NCBI GenBank assembly: GCA_023231475.1 | Contig: JALJEE010002162.1 | Location: 1 to 64,000, forward strand | Source of the DNA: Seison nebaliae | Taxonomy: Eukaryota | Reading direction: 5' to 3' | DNA: 64,000 bases | In this document: positions 41,501 through 56,000 of the stretch, in pieces | How positions within the stretch are numbered: position 1 is the first letter of the stretch | Layout: every line of letters starts with the position of its first letter | Made by a program: the position numbers and the translations under genes | Notes under the pieces: model-generated | What the model saw: the letters and a program-made list of their open reading frames with translations, nothing else | Databases searched by the model: none | Told to the model about the DNA's origin: nothing

Positions 41501-44500
41501 CATTTATTTATCATATTCTATTCGTTGCTGTAATATGTCTGTTGGATATTTACAAAGACTATTTAAGAGTGTTTTACTGTATCTTTTAATGAATAATCCT
41601 AACTCTGTTCACCAGAAATGGAATTCGTTAAAAAATACTTTAACTGAATGTTCAATGTGAAATCAACATAAGAATGATGGAAATTCACCGATACTCACGA
41701 ATCGAAAGATGTTACAATTGAGTGAATTATTACTGAATTATTATTGATGGAATCTCCACCAAGATGACGAACAGGTTAACACTGCTAACCTGTTTAAGAA
41801 GTTTAAGCTATATGACGTTCATCTAAAATAAGTGAATTGTCCATTTGACGAATGCAGTATGATCCTTTAGTTGTCATTCAAAAATCAAAAAAGTTAAGCT
41901 GTCCTCTTCCGTCTCATTTTTTCCTTATTCTTTTGCCGTTCGAAATCATTAGGGAATGATTATAACTTTTTTCAATAGACTCTTCAAAATTTAAAGAAAT
42001 AGGAAATCATAATTATTTAATAAATTTGAAGACTGAAGAAATTGTTCTCTTTATTCCTCACAATGGTTATACATATGCCGATGATTATTCTAATGCAATT
42101 CATAACTTTATTTTAAACATTTAAAGTAACGATTGAGAGATGAATTTTTAATTTCACTTCATCTGCAAAGTATTTTGTTGGGTTTCGAAACTTTTCTTCT
42201 CACTAATACTTTTCTCTCCCGCTCCAAATTGAATTTAAAATCGATTATAATTGACAATTCGTATTAATTTGCAAGTGGCAATAGATGTTTTTAATGATTT
42301 TCTTTTCATTCGTGTAATCTGATAAGGAAAGACTAGGGCAAAACAATAAATCGAAAATTAGAAAGCTGAGACAGGAAATGAAAGATATTTTATATTAAAA
42401 AATTTTATAAGTTTCTTTTCTTCTTACCCCCCATAGTTCATTTAGTTTGATGCTTTTCTAATTTAATTCTTATGTGTTATATAGTGGCAAGAAATTAATT
42501 TATTTAAAGAAAGATATTGGTTCATATATGTCGAATTATCTGTAAAGTCGCTTTAATTTTCCCAGTAGCTCTCCGAAAGAGAAGGATAAACAAATTTCTC
42601 TGTTTCTTTTATTCTTTAGTATTTAATATTTTTTCTTCGTTTTTTGTTATGGAATATTTAAAGAAAAACGTTCAAAAATTATTAATTGATGAACAGTTTT
42701 TCGTATTTGAAAAAAGTTTTCTTGGATGAAATCTTCTCATTTTTTCTTTATCTTTCTTCCTATTAACTATCAACAATTTTTTATCGTTTGATTCATCGCT
42801 AATAAGTTTTTGGTTAAAAGTTCTGTATTCCGATTTGGCGTATGTTATACTTTTCATTTTCACCAAATGCATCATTATGCAGATATGATAGATTTTATCA
42901 TTCGATGTTTCTAATCAAGTTCCTTTTCCAAACATTTGCCAGCTGAACAGAAACGAATGTTTGGAAAGAAATGAAATAAAATGGATGATAGGAAATCAGA
43001 GAAAATTAATGAAATGCTGAACTCTGAATAAGAATGTTTAAAGTTTTATTTTTGAAAGTATTTAACTAAAAAAAAAGACGAGAGATGTATCGCGCGCATC
43101 TTTTCCTATTAGTTAGTCGTCTGTCTGGAAATGATTAAAATTGACAATGTTCATATGCACAACATAATCATGGAATCGAGTAATTTGTAGAAATTAATTT
43201 TTGAATAAAAACAGAAATAAATGATGGAATTAAATTACATATGACTTTTTTTCTTATTTCGAAGTTGATTCGGAAGAGAATGAAACTCAAGTGGTAAGAC
43301 GTATAGGAAGGAAAAATTAGGACGAAAACGAATTTATTTCCTATTTATGTACGCAGATAAAAAGAGAGATGCATCCATTCATACCAATAACATCTTGCTC
43401 ATCTTCTCGGGTAACTAGTAAGTAACTAGCTAAATAGCTGAAAGAAACTTCCTAATTTAATTGATGTACCGTATAATACTTTTAAATAACAAAATACTGA
43501 TATTTATGTAAGTTATCGATCCAGCTCCGTTTTCAACTTGAAATCTATATCTAAATTATTCCATATCTTCCACTTTTTGTGTGTTAGAGAGAATTTCACG
43601 ATGAAATTATTATTCTTCCGTATTTTTCTATTTCTTCCTTCCAATACCATTTCATTGTTATATAATTTTTATTACACTCCAATTTGTATTGTAAAAAACT
43701 TTTGTAATTTTTTCTTTTGCCTTCTTAGGCTTAAGCAATTTCAGCCCAATATCGTTTGAGTTGAATTGAAATTTTGACATCGTTTATTATTTTCCCTTTC
43801 GTATTATTAATGGAGAAATAGTTACGATTATATTATGTCAAATTCAGCATTATATAATATGAAGTCAACTCAATTTGAATACAATTTGAGAGAGAGCTGA
43901 GTAATTAAGATTTTTAGTGCAAATTCGTTGAAGGATCAATTTCAAGTTTTATGGATTAATCGCAGAGATAAATAATTGATTGCCACATTCGATTATACAA
44001 ATACTAACAATCTCGTTAATGGGACAAGAGAGACATTGCCCTTTTGCATATTCACCATTTGCATTCAGTTGAAAATTGGAAAAATGACAAAATTAGATAT
44101 TTCTAATCAACATAAATTATAAATGTTCAAAAAACTTCCAGCTAACTTCGACTTTAAGTCTATTGGAAATAATTTGCATTAGAATGAATTTCATGAAAAA
44201 TAAATTGTACAAATTCAATTTGCTGACAATATTGATCTAGCTCTATTAATCTATTCGACAATAACTTCTGCTACCAATTTATTGGTCTTATCTATTTTAT
44301 TATCAGTTTTAAATTCGTCTTCCCACCATTAACCAAAAATGTTTCACACCTCTTTCATTTTGAGTGAATCACTTAGGATGAAATTGGTCAACGTCCATCA
44401 ATATTCTGTTAAAGTTACTTACTATATTTGCAAGAAAGAATAAATTTCGACTTTTTTTTGATGACTTTCCATTCTACTCATTCTTCCTCCTCCTAATTTA

Positions 44501-47500
44501 TTTTAATCACTAAATTCTACGTCGTTTCAGTTAATTCTTTAGAGAAAGATTTTATTTCTTATGTCAATTTCAATATTGCTTGTCATACTCTGTAAGAAAA
44601 TATGGATTTTCGTCTCGTGTTTATGCAACAGAAAATTTTTTCTTTTTCTTCCACTTCTTTTCAATTGCCATTCCATTCTTTTTCAAATTTATCCCATAGG
44701 ACTTGATTAACAATAAGTGAATTTTGAATGGGATGAAATTTAATTAATGACGATCTATCTCCATTCGCAAATAACTAATCCATGTTGCGTAAGTGGAAGT
44801 ACATTTTTAAATATTTTTGGTGGATAAAGAAAATTAATAAGAAGGAAGATTATACGTAGGTAGAAAAAAGAATGAATGTCATATATAAAATAATCGTCAA
44901 CTTCATCATCATTATCATCGTCAACTAATATGCAGTAGAGTGGGGGGTAGTAGCGAATGCTATTAAATGAACATATTGTCAATCATTTTTCTTCAAATAT
45001 ATTACAAATCGTCAATTAGTTTTTTTTATGTTTCATTTCTCTTCTCATTTTGAAAATTAAAAGAAGCAAGCAGAATTAATTCCACCATCATCTCATGTTC
45101 GTCATGTTCTTGCACCGGTCCCATATCTTGTCTAATATTTCAATATTAATCAAACATAATCAATAACTTTGTTCAACTCTTGATAAAGATTCCATATAAT
45201 TCTCTTTCTTCTCTCGTTCTATTCCGTTCGATAATCTCGATCGTCTCTTATTAAATTTCCAGAAAATTAGTTCCTAATTTCATCATATGACTAATTATTA
45301 GTATAAAGCCCGTTCGAGATTAACTCGAAACTTTAGCAACTTAACCAATTTGGAAATTTAATTTTCTCGTTCATCACTTTAACTGCTTGAATGAGAAAAA
45401 AATAGATGATAATTTTTGATGTAAAATAATCCATATTTCCTAATGGGAAAGCTTAAACGAATTATCTTAATAGATTTCTATTAAGTTTCCAATTGAACAT
45501 TTGAGATTAAAAGGGAGATCATGCATTCTGTTAATTGAGAATCGATAAAGTTTTGTTCAAATCATTATGCATTTTATCTGCATTGCTGGTGGAACTAATT
45601 GACAGCATACTGGTAAATGCGATAAAAGTAATGAGAAATGTAATTAATTCATGATAAATTATAATTGAAGAATTAATTGAAAAATAAATTGAAAAAAAGG
45701 ATGAAGTTTGTAGATGATGATCAGGAGAAACACAGACTTTCGTCAGTCCAACGAGAAAAGAAGACAGACTATCAATCCGAGATTGATAAGTGGAAATATG
45801 ATAATAAAAGATATTTATTTCTTATCTTCTTCAATTTAATTTGTTGAATTCATTTCACCATGATGTAGGCGGATGTATATTTTCTTTAAAATGATCGAGT
45901 AACGGAAGAGGAAGTTAAACGTTTTAAGCAAAATAAGAATTGGTTTTTTCTTCTTCTAATATGATGTCATTCCTTCTTAGCAAACCAGTAAAAAAGGAGA
46001 ATGCATGAACGAGTGAATGAGTTGGAGTTCGCCATTATTAATCCTTTAAAAAAAAGTTGAGAAGCATCTTCTTCTCCTCCGTTTGTTTTTTTTCTTCACA
46101 ATCATTATTCGATAATTATTCTGAAACAAAAATATAAAAGAATATTACTGGGAGAGCAGTCTCGCAGCTTTGTTGTAGAAGTGAAGTGAAAGACGAAAGA
46201 TTGGAACGAAATTCAAGTGATTATTCCGAATGGAATTCAATTGTCAATTATCAATTAAATAAAAAAAAATCATTTTTATTCTCCTTTTTTCCAAAAGAGA
46301 AATATCTCAAATTTGGTTTTCTTATTTCGTTCTAACGAAATTAAGAATATGAATAAGCAATAAATTGAATTAAAGAAGAAGAGAATCTTAAAGCGAAAAT
46401 ATTGCTTTTCATAGCGGAGAAGAAATGATTTAATTTAATTAACATAGACTTTCTTTATTATTTTTCCCGTTTTCTTTAGTAATGTTTCCTCTCCCCTTCT
46501 TCATCTTCTTCCAACGATTATCCAATATGTAATTTAATAATAGTTGAATGGTTTTCTCTGTTCAATGACATTTCAACCTATTCTTTGCTCTCCCAAAAAA
46601 CAACATTTCAACATTCATCTTCTCGTATCTCGTCACATCTGCACAGGGCAGAATTGTCTAACAAAAAAAATTTTTAGAAGCAGAAACAAGAATGAGTTGC
46701 ATCCAATAAAACTTTGATTTCATTTCAGAAAAAAAACTACTCAGCAGCATATTTTGCGAAGCCAATCCTTTCCAATATTTCCTCCCTACTTCTTCTTAAT
46801 TCCATATAATCATTCCAATATTGTCAACCAATCTTATCGTGGTTATGGAATTAAACAAATGTGTAAGTACTGCAATTCGAATTTATAAATCCTTCTAGCT
46901 CAAAAATTACGTAACATACCAGAATATGTAAACTATTCAACGAACTATCATCATGATGATCTGAACGTGTCACAAATGTGATATTATGAAGAATTGAAAT
47001 TTTTATCTTTTCTCCATAATATGGATCCATACACTTATCAGATGTGATATGGCAAGACGAAATTGGCACCCATATCTAAACCACACTTTCGTAACGACTT
47101 CACTCCTAACGAGAAGAAGAAGAAGAAGAAATTCTGATTCATGTTGAATCAGCAATTGACTTCAACGACATTTAATGATCGAAAGTTGATGGAGGTGAAT
47201 CTGATTTAGAGGAATCGTGTTCATCCGTTGACATTTGATTGTTGAAAAGAATGAATAGATGAAAAAAGAAAGTTGACATCTTATTCATTTAGTTTTTCCT
47301 TTTTTAACGATCGATTCAATTGAAAGTTAATGTCAGAGACACAAGTAGTTAAACTATCTTTATTCCATAACCAATTCCATATTTTCACTCCATTTCATCA
47401 TCTCCTCTCCATGTTGTTTTCACTAATATGTTCCATTTCATTTCATTCATTTTCAAATATCAATTTCATTTTTCCTTTTTATAACGGCAGCCAAATACAA

Positions 47501-48516
47501 TTTGAGAAATGTTTAGAAATTGAATAATAGAATCGACATTATTCAGGATTGAATTACCAACATTCTACGTCCAATTCCAACTCACACAATGATTCTTCAG
47601 TTTCTTCCTGCTTTTCAGTTTCACTGAAATTCCTGAAGAATAGGAAACTCAAAAAATTTATAGTTAAAACAAAACCTTTTTTCTTTCGTCTATTGCACTC
47701 TCCCTTCTTACACAATTCGTTCATTGCCTGAATTGTACAATCGCCTTATGTCGATCGAAATGCTGATGATGTTTTTAGTCACCAGGGTGAGTCCATACTC
47801 TCCATCCAATTCTCAACAGAACAGAAAGAAACAACAGTAAAATGACTTAAGAGAAGAAATGAGTAATAGAATTAAATTCAAATGATTGTTACGATCCAAT
47901 TCTTCGTTGGAACAACATAACTCTAATCGACGATTTTACACATAAGTCAGTTTCAACGACCATCTCCACACCGCTTACAAAACGAAGATACGTACACAAA
48001 TATTTTATATATACGTATATCCTTCTATCTTCATGTATACTAACATATATACATATGTATATACATCTATTCTTTCAGTTATCAGTTATTCAGATTACTC
48101 GATTATTCCAACATCAATCCTCTCAGATTTTATTGGAACTTCCATTCTTCTTTCGAACTGTTCCAAATAAAAATCGAAAGATCAGAAGAACTTTTCGAAA
48201 AATTATCGACATCATTTCCTAATTTCATTCAAATAACGATATGAGAGGTAGTCAATTCAAAAAATTTATTATGTAATCTCCGAAATCTTCACAATAATCC
48301 ATTCAAGTTCTTCTTCAAACAGTGGACATTAAACAATACATAATCATAAATGAGTTCAAACCGAATGTGGTTTGAACGGAAAACCGAATGACGAACGCCA
48401 AAAGTAAAACTCAGATTGTTTTATTAACAAACAAAAAAATGAAAGTAAGTTGGCGGGAGAAAATCGTACACAACGAAATCGAACAATCGTTTATCTGACG
48501 ACAAATATGTCGATAG

Positions 48517-48574
48517 GTATGTGTGTATATGTGTGTGCGTGTGTGTGTATGCATGTGTGTGCGTGTATGTATGT
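48517..48574. repeat. Degenerate (GT)n alternating purine-pyrimidine tract
   Basis: Direct reading. Confidence 0.8.
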
Positions 48575-51500
48575 GGTTGGGTTAAATTTTAATTTAAAAA
48601 TTTTTAATTAGTTACGATTTTCGATTTCCATCGTCTTTCCCAATCTCATTGACCTGCGGGACCTTTCATTTATAGAATTAGTTTAGGAATAAAATGAACA
48701 TTTTCTCATCATTTTCTAATATTTACCAAATTGCTTTTTACATAAAGCTGGAATAGCAAATAAGCTGGTTATTTTCATAATCATCAACCATTTCTCCTCC
48801 AAATTCGAATGCATTTAATAGACGACGTTAAATGAATATTTCAAATAGACGACAAATGTGAAACAATTTATTTCCGCCAATTTTCTTAATTCATTGGATT
48901 CCTGCAGGAAATATCCCATTTGCAGCACATATAGCAGCACATATCTCTAACGACTAATAATTATTCATTAGAATCCATTCCTTATAAGATCCATTTAATG
49001 ATAAAGAAAAATCCTAGTTTTTTCAAAAACAAAATTTCAAACATCTAATTTTCAAACAATTTCGAAACGAACTCCATCGGCGTAGGAAGAATTTTTCCAA
49101 CGGAACCTCGCTCTCAACATCACAAAACGATTTCTATTTGATTTATTTAAATATCTCCACTCTCAAATTCTTCAAATTCTTTCCCAAGGAAAAATTTTAA
49201 GTAATTTCCTTTCTCTCCTCCACTCTACATTCTACAATTCGACCTTTAAAATTAGTAGCGATAAAATAGAGTTGTAACATTAATCATTAGCACAATCATT
49301 ATTCCATCTATTAATTTAAACATTTCAATTTTACTCAACGATTCTTCCATAAGAAAATGAGTCAGTAACGTCGCTCTACATCGCAAGTGTAGAGTGTAGC
49401 GATGAATTTTTTGAGTAAAAAAACTTTAACTTTTTTATGGTGAATAATTCGTCAACTATTCGTTCAATGTATCGATAATTTAGAATTTTTTTTAAAAACA
49501 TTTTTTCGAATGAAACATGAAAAAAAATGGGGAAAGTTTATAGTTTTTTCTTTATCGTTAAATGTTACGCCGTTACCAAGGACAACATAAGTATTTCGAA
49601 CTTCGAAGAAAATTTCGAGGGAAAAAAAGAATTTTAAATTTAATTCCATTGCTATTTCTTTGGCAATTGAATAGAACACCAAATTTTTCCTTTTTCTAGA
49701 TATTTTATGGTCATTCCAATAATTAATTTTTTGGAAAGAATTTCTCGAAAATTTCCAACAACTACGGGAACATTTCCGATAATTTCATTATCAATATTAA
49801 AAATTTAGATATTTTTCATTTGACAATAATGAAAATTTCCGGGAGAACTCTCCGGAATGATTGTGCAAAGAAAATAATGAATGGATTTTCTACATTTGCT
49901 TATGTGTATAATAAGTTTTCCTTTTTTATTCCAAAGGGATGACGAGAGAGTTCCATTTCAATTGAAGATATATCGAGAGAATTATCAACAGTAATATCTT
50001 CTTTTGCAATTTACATAATCAATATATATGACAATGATTGTTGTAATTAATGTCAAACATATGATCGATTGATTTTCCGTTGAACTAATGCAATATGACT
50101 AAAACGTGTCTTGCAAAACAACAAAAATTTTTGTTCTTCCCAAACGACCATTATTCAGATAAAGAAGAAAAGTATAATTAAAATAAGAATGTTTTATTTT
50201 TGAGATGGTGGAAGAAATTGTTCGGTAACATGTAATTTTAACTGGACACGTCTCAACTTCTTCATTTCATTTCAACAAAAATTATTCTCAATTGACATTC
50301 TTCAGAATCGTCTTTCAAAAGTTTCGTATTTTAGAAAGTGTGAACTATTTTCACTCTCTTCGCCTTATTGAAATTTAAGATGTTTCTTCTTTTTTTCAGA
50401 AATGACGATCTGGAGGACTGGAATCAAGTAAAAATCGATAATTATATAAGATTGATTCTATTTAATTCTTATGTCAATAGATGTAGGAGAAAATCCCCAT
50501 TGAAATTTCGTTGAATTTTCAAAAGAAAACAAATTAAAATTATCAAATTTCTAATAAAGGAAATTTTTTTGAAGGAGAAGGAAAATATTTGAATAAAACT
50601 CAAAAGAAACTTTCATTTAAACTTCAACATTTCCTCTAAGCAGCATCTCCCAATAAAATTGTGTTTGCTTGTGTAATGTCAAATCATTATTTTTGAGACG
50701 TAACATAAGGTAGAAATGAAGTGATATAGAGAGAATTTTTAATTTAAAAGAAAATTCTATGAAAATTTTCTGCGTATTTTCATTAAAAATTTATACTTTC
50801 CTATCATCTTATAAATAAGTGATTGTCATTAATAATATAGATGTCGTTGTTACTATTGTTATTGTATATCTTCTTCAATTTCCATATATTCAAACATTTA
50901 GTACTGTCTCCTACTACACTTGAAAATGTGGGGAAGGAACAATTGAATTGTAATTGCGCACAAAGCACTTCTTCCTTTTCCATTTGATTCTCATGTTGGC
51001 CCATGCCATTTCACCCATTTCTTATATTTGATTTGGATGATCCAATAGTTGTTGGCACTCTCATCAATTCATCTTCCCCAACTACTTGAATTACGGGTAG
51101 ATATGAAGAGAAAAGATAACGGAAGAGAACGAGGTATAAGTAGAAAGCAAAATCTCCTTCATCTCATCTCCAATTCAACTGGATTATATGAATACATTCT
51201 GTAATTAGAAAAGTAGTCAAATAGAATAAATCAATAGAGTTCATATTTCTTTCTCCAAATTCTACTCATCCACGAAACTTCGATTTATCTAACAGTTACA
51301 TTTCCATCCTAGACTTCGTTAGAAAACGAAGGAAAAATTCCCAAAATTTCTCAGAAATTCTTTCAAAATTTCATATCATTTTAATTCGTTTGACAGCACT
51401 CGAATTCGAAGTAATGAGATAAGGAGGAGAAGAATAAAATAATAAAGAAGATGAAGAAGAAGAAGTAAGTGGGAGGAAATGAATGTTGAGTTTTGGTGAA

Positions 51501-52988
51501 ATAATTTTGTGAATCTTTTAACAAATCAGCGAAATAGTCGAACGAACCATTTTAATTAGAATATTCATTTGTTCCGCAATGTTCCCTATTATTCTCATCA
51601 TTATCATCACTATCATCTCATAGCGATTTGCAACTTTTGAAAAGTCATTATCTTCTATTATCTTTTCTAATTATTTCCTTTTCGTCATTGATTTCCATCC
51701 ATTCTTTACTCCTAATTTCCATGTTGCTTCTTTCCTTACCATCTTTTCTTCGATGAACGATCATGATGTCCCCCATCCTTATCCATGATTCGTAGTTGAG
51801 CTCATGAACATAATGCTGGCATTCAATTTCATTGAAAATTATCTCTATTTCTCATTTCATGGTTTTCACAAATCGTTCAGAGAGAAGAGAAGATTTCCCA
51901 TTATCAATATTCACACTTAACTTTCTTCATCATCTTCCTGCTACTCTCCTCATTTTTCAAGTTCAATAATATTTATGCATAAATTGAGTATCTGAAAAAA
52001 TGGAGAGAAATTGTTGGGAGGATAGGAAGAACAAATACTTATGTATAAAATGATGAAAAATGAAACGATCATCAAATCAATTGTAATTTTGATGTTTATG
52101 TTTTAATGTGTATTGTGAAATTGAGAGGACGAAATATAATTGGAATGAGAATGAAGATAAATATTGGAAGATAATATCAGCCATATAACATCCAGTCTCC
52201 CTCCATCCAATCATCCATCCATCAATCGCCGATCCAATCTTCCTTCCTCTTCTACTTTCTACCGATCAACGCATTATCTATTTTACTCGTTTTGTCTTCA
52301 ACTTATCAGACAAATGAAAGTTTTACTCATTTAATTCTTCGTCGCTCCTTTCTCTCCCGTAGACGAGATCTCTCTTTCTCTCTCATCTGTTAACGAAATT
52401 CTTAATTTAATTTTCCCGCCTCTTGTCTCTTCGTGTGTATGTGCGTGTGGTGGTCTGTCTGTCGATCGCTACATCTGACCGAATAAACTTGCCACTATCC
52501 TATTCATTATCTTTCATCCATTCACCTCTACTTCTTCCATTTTGACGTGACGAGGACGACATCCGTCTGAGAATCAAGTCACCACAAATTATCTTCCAAC
52601 GAACTACACGAAACAAAAACTTCCATTCCTTTGAGGAGAGGTAAAAAGAAAGATTGAGAGTATTAGCTGAAGAATATTTTAGTTTTATCCGATTCGATTG
52701 AAATTTTATTTATTCGTTTTATGATGTTTTGTCAGAGGCACGAAAATGCAACAATCTGAGACAATTTCCACACCGGATAATTCAACCAATTTTCTCATGT
52801 ATGATGAGAATGTAGTATATATTTATTGTTTCTTTCCAATTTTCAAAAATCAGATTCAAATAGAGAGATTGGAAGAGAGATATTAATATATTTCGTATTA
52901 ATTCCTCCAATTTCTCACATATAGAGAATGAGTGAATTTCTCACTACTCTCAATAAATCCTCAAATATTAATGGACAGATAATAAATG

Positions 52989-53035
52989 AGTAGTAATCGT
53001 AGTAGTAGTAGTAATAGTAGTAGTCGTAGTAGTAG
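52989..53035. repeat. (GTA)n microsatellite
   Basis: Direct reading. Confidence 0.85.
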
Positions 53036-56000
53036 AAATTTAATAATAATGAGAACGATACTTTTCAATAAAGAGAGTAGAAAAAACACTGAAAATAAGT
53101 AGAGTTCGAATTCAAGGAGGGAGACGGGTGCCAGAGATCACTGAAGAATGAAATTTAGAAAGTGCAACATATAGAAAAATTGATCCGGTACGCATTCAAA
53201 GTGGAATATATAAGAGAATCTGCAATAAATTTATACAAATTTCATTTGCATATTTCATCAGACGATTAAAAAAATCGCATCCAGATGAAGTAGGAGAAAA
53301 ATTAACATTTTAAATTTGTCGATCTTATTATAACTCTTTTCCTTCCTATCTTTTCTTTGGTTTTTTCTTCTTCTCCCTACATATTACTACTAATACTGTG
53401 ACTAATGCAATTATTGCTCCTACAATTATTGGATTGAGCCTTTTCCTCCAATTATCATTCTTCCAAAAAAACAAAATTTAATTCCACATCATTCTCCTCG
53501 CTCCCTCATCATTATCATTACATGTTTCCTGCTTTCAATTCATTCAGCCCTCTATTTGTTCGTCGGATTAGCCAATCATTAAATTTAAGCTTAGCGCAAT
53601 TCGAGTTCAAGTAACTGTGAGATTCTTCTGATTTCTATTTCCGTCAACTTCCTTAACTTTCTTCTTTCACTCCTCCCCTCAATGTCTATGATAGCAGTAA
53701 AATTTAATAATATTAAACGGAAAACACTTGATAAATTTCATAAATATGACGGATAAGATTCTCTCAATGAAATGTCTTCCACAAACAAATTAAAATGTCA
53801 ATATCTCCCCTTATTGGTATTCGAGGATGATTGTAGAGAAAAGAAGTATAGCTTATTGTAAATCAAATTTTTTTGTTGTCCTATATGAAAGTTAAGTTTC
53901 TCTTTCATTTATCCTCAACCAACCGGTAAATGTGAAAAGGATTTTTAGTTTAATACTTTTCATCAATTTACTCGTTGTCCATCTTACAGTCTGTAAAACA
54001 GAAAAATTCTCCCAACTCTCCATTGGAGAGTCTCCAATTGTACAACTCTCACATTAATCATCATCAATTCATATCCATCACCATTTTTATGACGACACTT
54101 TTTAATGAATTTCTAGTAGATGTCCAATTTTATTAGGCAGTCGCATTGATCATGCAAAGATGATGGAATTTTTAAGAATGTTTTAAGAAAAGAAAATTCT
54201 GTAAGGAAAAAACATTTGACGTATGTCTGATTGTTGGTGTAAGGGAATAGTTGTGGGCCAATATTTCTTCTCCAATAGTACTTACTTTCTTCAATTTATA
54301 CAACTCTACTATTTTCCTCCTTTTTTTGAACTTTCTTTAATTTTTTCACATTCCCATTTTGTACCCGAATTTCTCTTATTTTCAAAGAATATATTTGTAT
54401 AACTAGCCCATTACCTATCGCAGACTTACGCCAATATACCCAAATCATTCACTCACGATGACTGACGAAACAGGTACATGTATCGTCGTTCGTATGTACG
54501 TCCGTATTCGCGTACATACTACTCGATGACCCGATATAAATACACAAGTTTTGTTTTGTATGCATATATGTACTAATTAGTAAAGTTGTATTTGACGGAG
54601 ATAGAATACATTCGATGTATACATGTTCGTAAGAGAATAAATTTCTAACTTCTTCAATCTTCTCTATTTGAATTTGAAAAGTGGGCAAATGTTTTTTAAT
54701 CGAAATTACTTCAATCGGAGACAGTTCATTCGCAGAAAAGCACAAATGGGAGACGAGGAATTTAAGTTTCATGTGTACGATGCATTGTTCACCCAAAATA
54801 CAGATAATTACTACGAATGCTCGATATATGATAGTAGTTGAACCCTCGAATACACAGCAACATTGATTTATGTAAATTTAAGTTTTACGCATATACTCAT
54901 ACATGAGTGGAATCGAATATACGTTCAGCTGTTATGTATATGTGATGGGACAGATGAATTTCCGTTCAACTCTGTAGCCCAGTCCCAACATAGAGACACT
55001 GAATAAAGGAAATGAAAAGTTTCAATGAATTCTCCTCTCAATTTGGATGTTGGTGTAGATAAGAATCATTTAATCTGTCCCTGGGGTATTTGCTATGGTA
55101 AATAAAATTATTTTAAATAATTCTAAACAAATTATAAAATGATAAAGAACTCCTGAAGAAGTGATGGAAGATGAACTGGAGAGGATTTAGAAGAAGGAAA
55201 GTTTTTTTCAAAAATTAATTACACAAATTAATTGATTCATTCTCCTCTCTGAAACTCATTCGTATGTGACTCCAAATTTACTGTATATGTAAATTGATAA
55301 AACTTATAATTCTTTTTGAATTAGTTCTCCCTAATTATTTATTTTCTGAAATAATTCATATTTTTTCTGCGTACGAGAATTTGTTTGAATGAAAAATATA
55401 CGTAGAGTCTCATCTGCCAAATCAGAGAGTAAAAGAGGAGAAAACTAAAATTCGCTCTCTCCATCATCATATTTAGTCTCATTTGAATTGTGGTTTTTTT
55501 TAAGAAAAATATTTTAGATTTCTTCTCTCCCCAAAGAAAGTAGATGAATAAATTTTTGAGATTTCTCCTTTCAGTTCACTTGAAAAAATATTGTTATTAT
55601 TATTATTATTATTGTCATAGTCTTCATCTCGTATTCACATAGGGATTTGTCTTCTCCCCCTCAATCTATTTCGTGATAAATGATATTTGTTCGTTCTCCC
55701 TATTGTATATTTGTTCGCTAATTCACTCAAAAACACACGTACGAAATAGGAGAGATCAACAAAAAAATTTTTTTTTAAAATTGCTCTAACGGTTTTCAAC
55801 TTCAATTTCAAAAAAAAACATATGTCATTTGATTTCTCTCTGCTTTGGTGGGATGATGTCGTTGGGTGACTCTGTCTCTCTGACGAATAAGTACTTTTCT
55901 CTGAAATCCTCTCTCTGTCCCTCTCCCTCTCTCCTCACATCTGGTTACCATTAAGTTTCATCGTGTTTATTTAATTCTTCTCCCTTGAGTATTCCATCTG

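Noticed and set aside
49371..49405. Short hairpin CGCTCTACA/TGTAGAGTG (similar ones at 49837-49857 and 62531-62548)
   Set aside because: Stems of 9 bp or less with no shared sequence; expected by chance in 64 kb.
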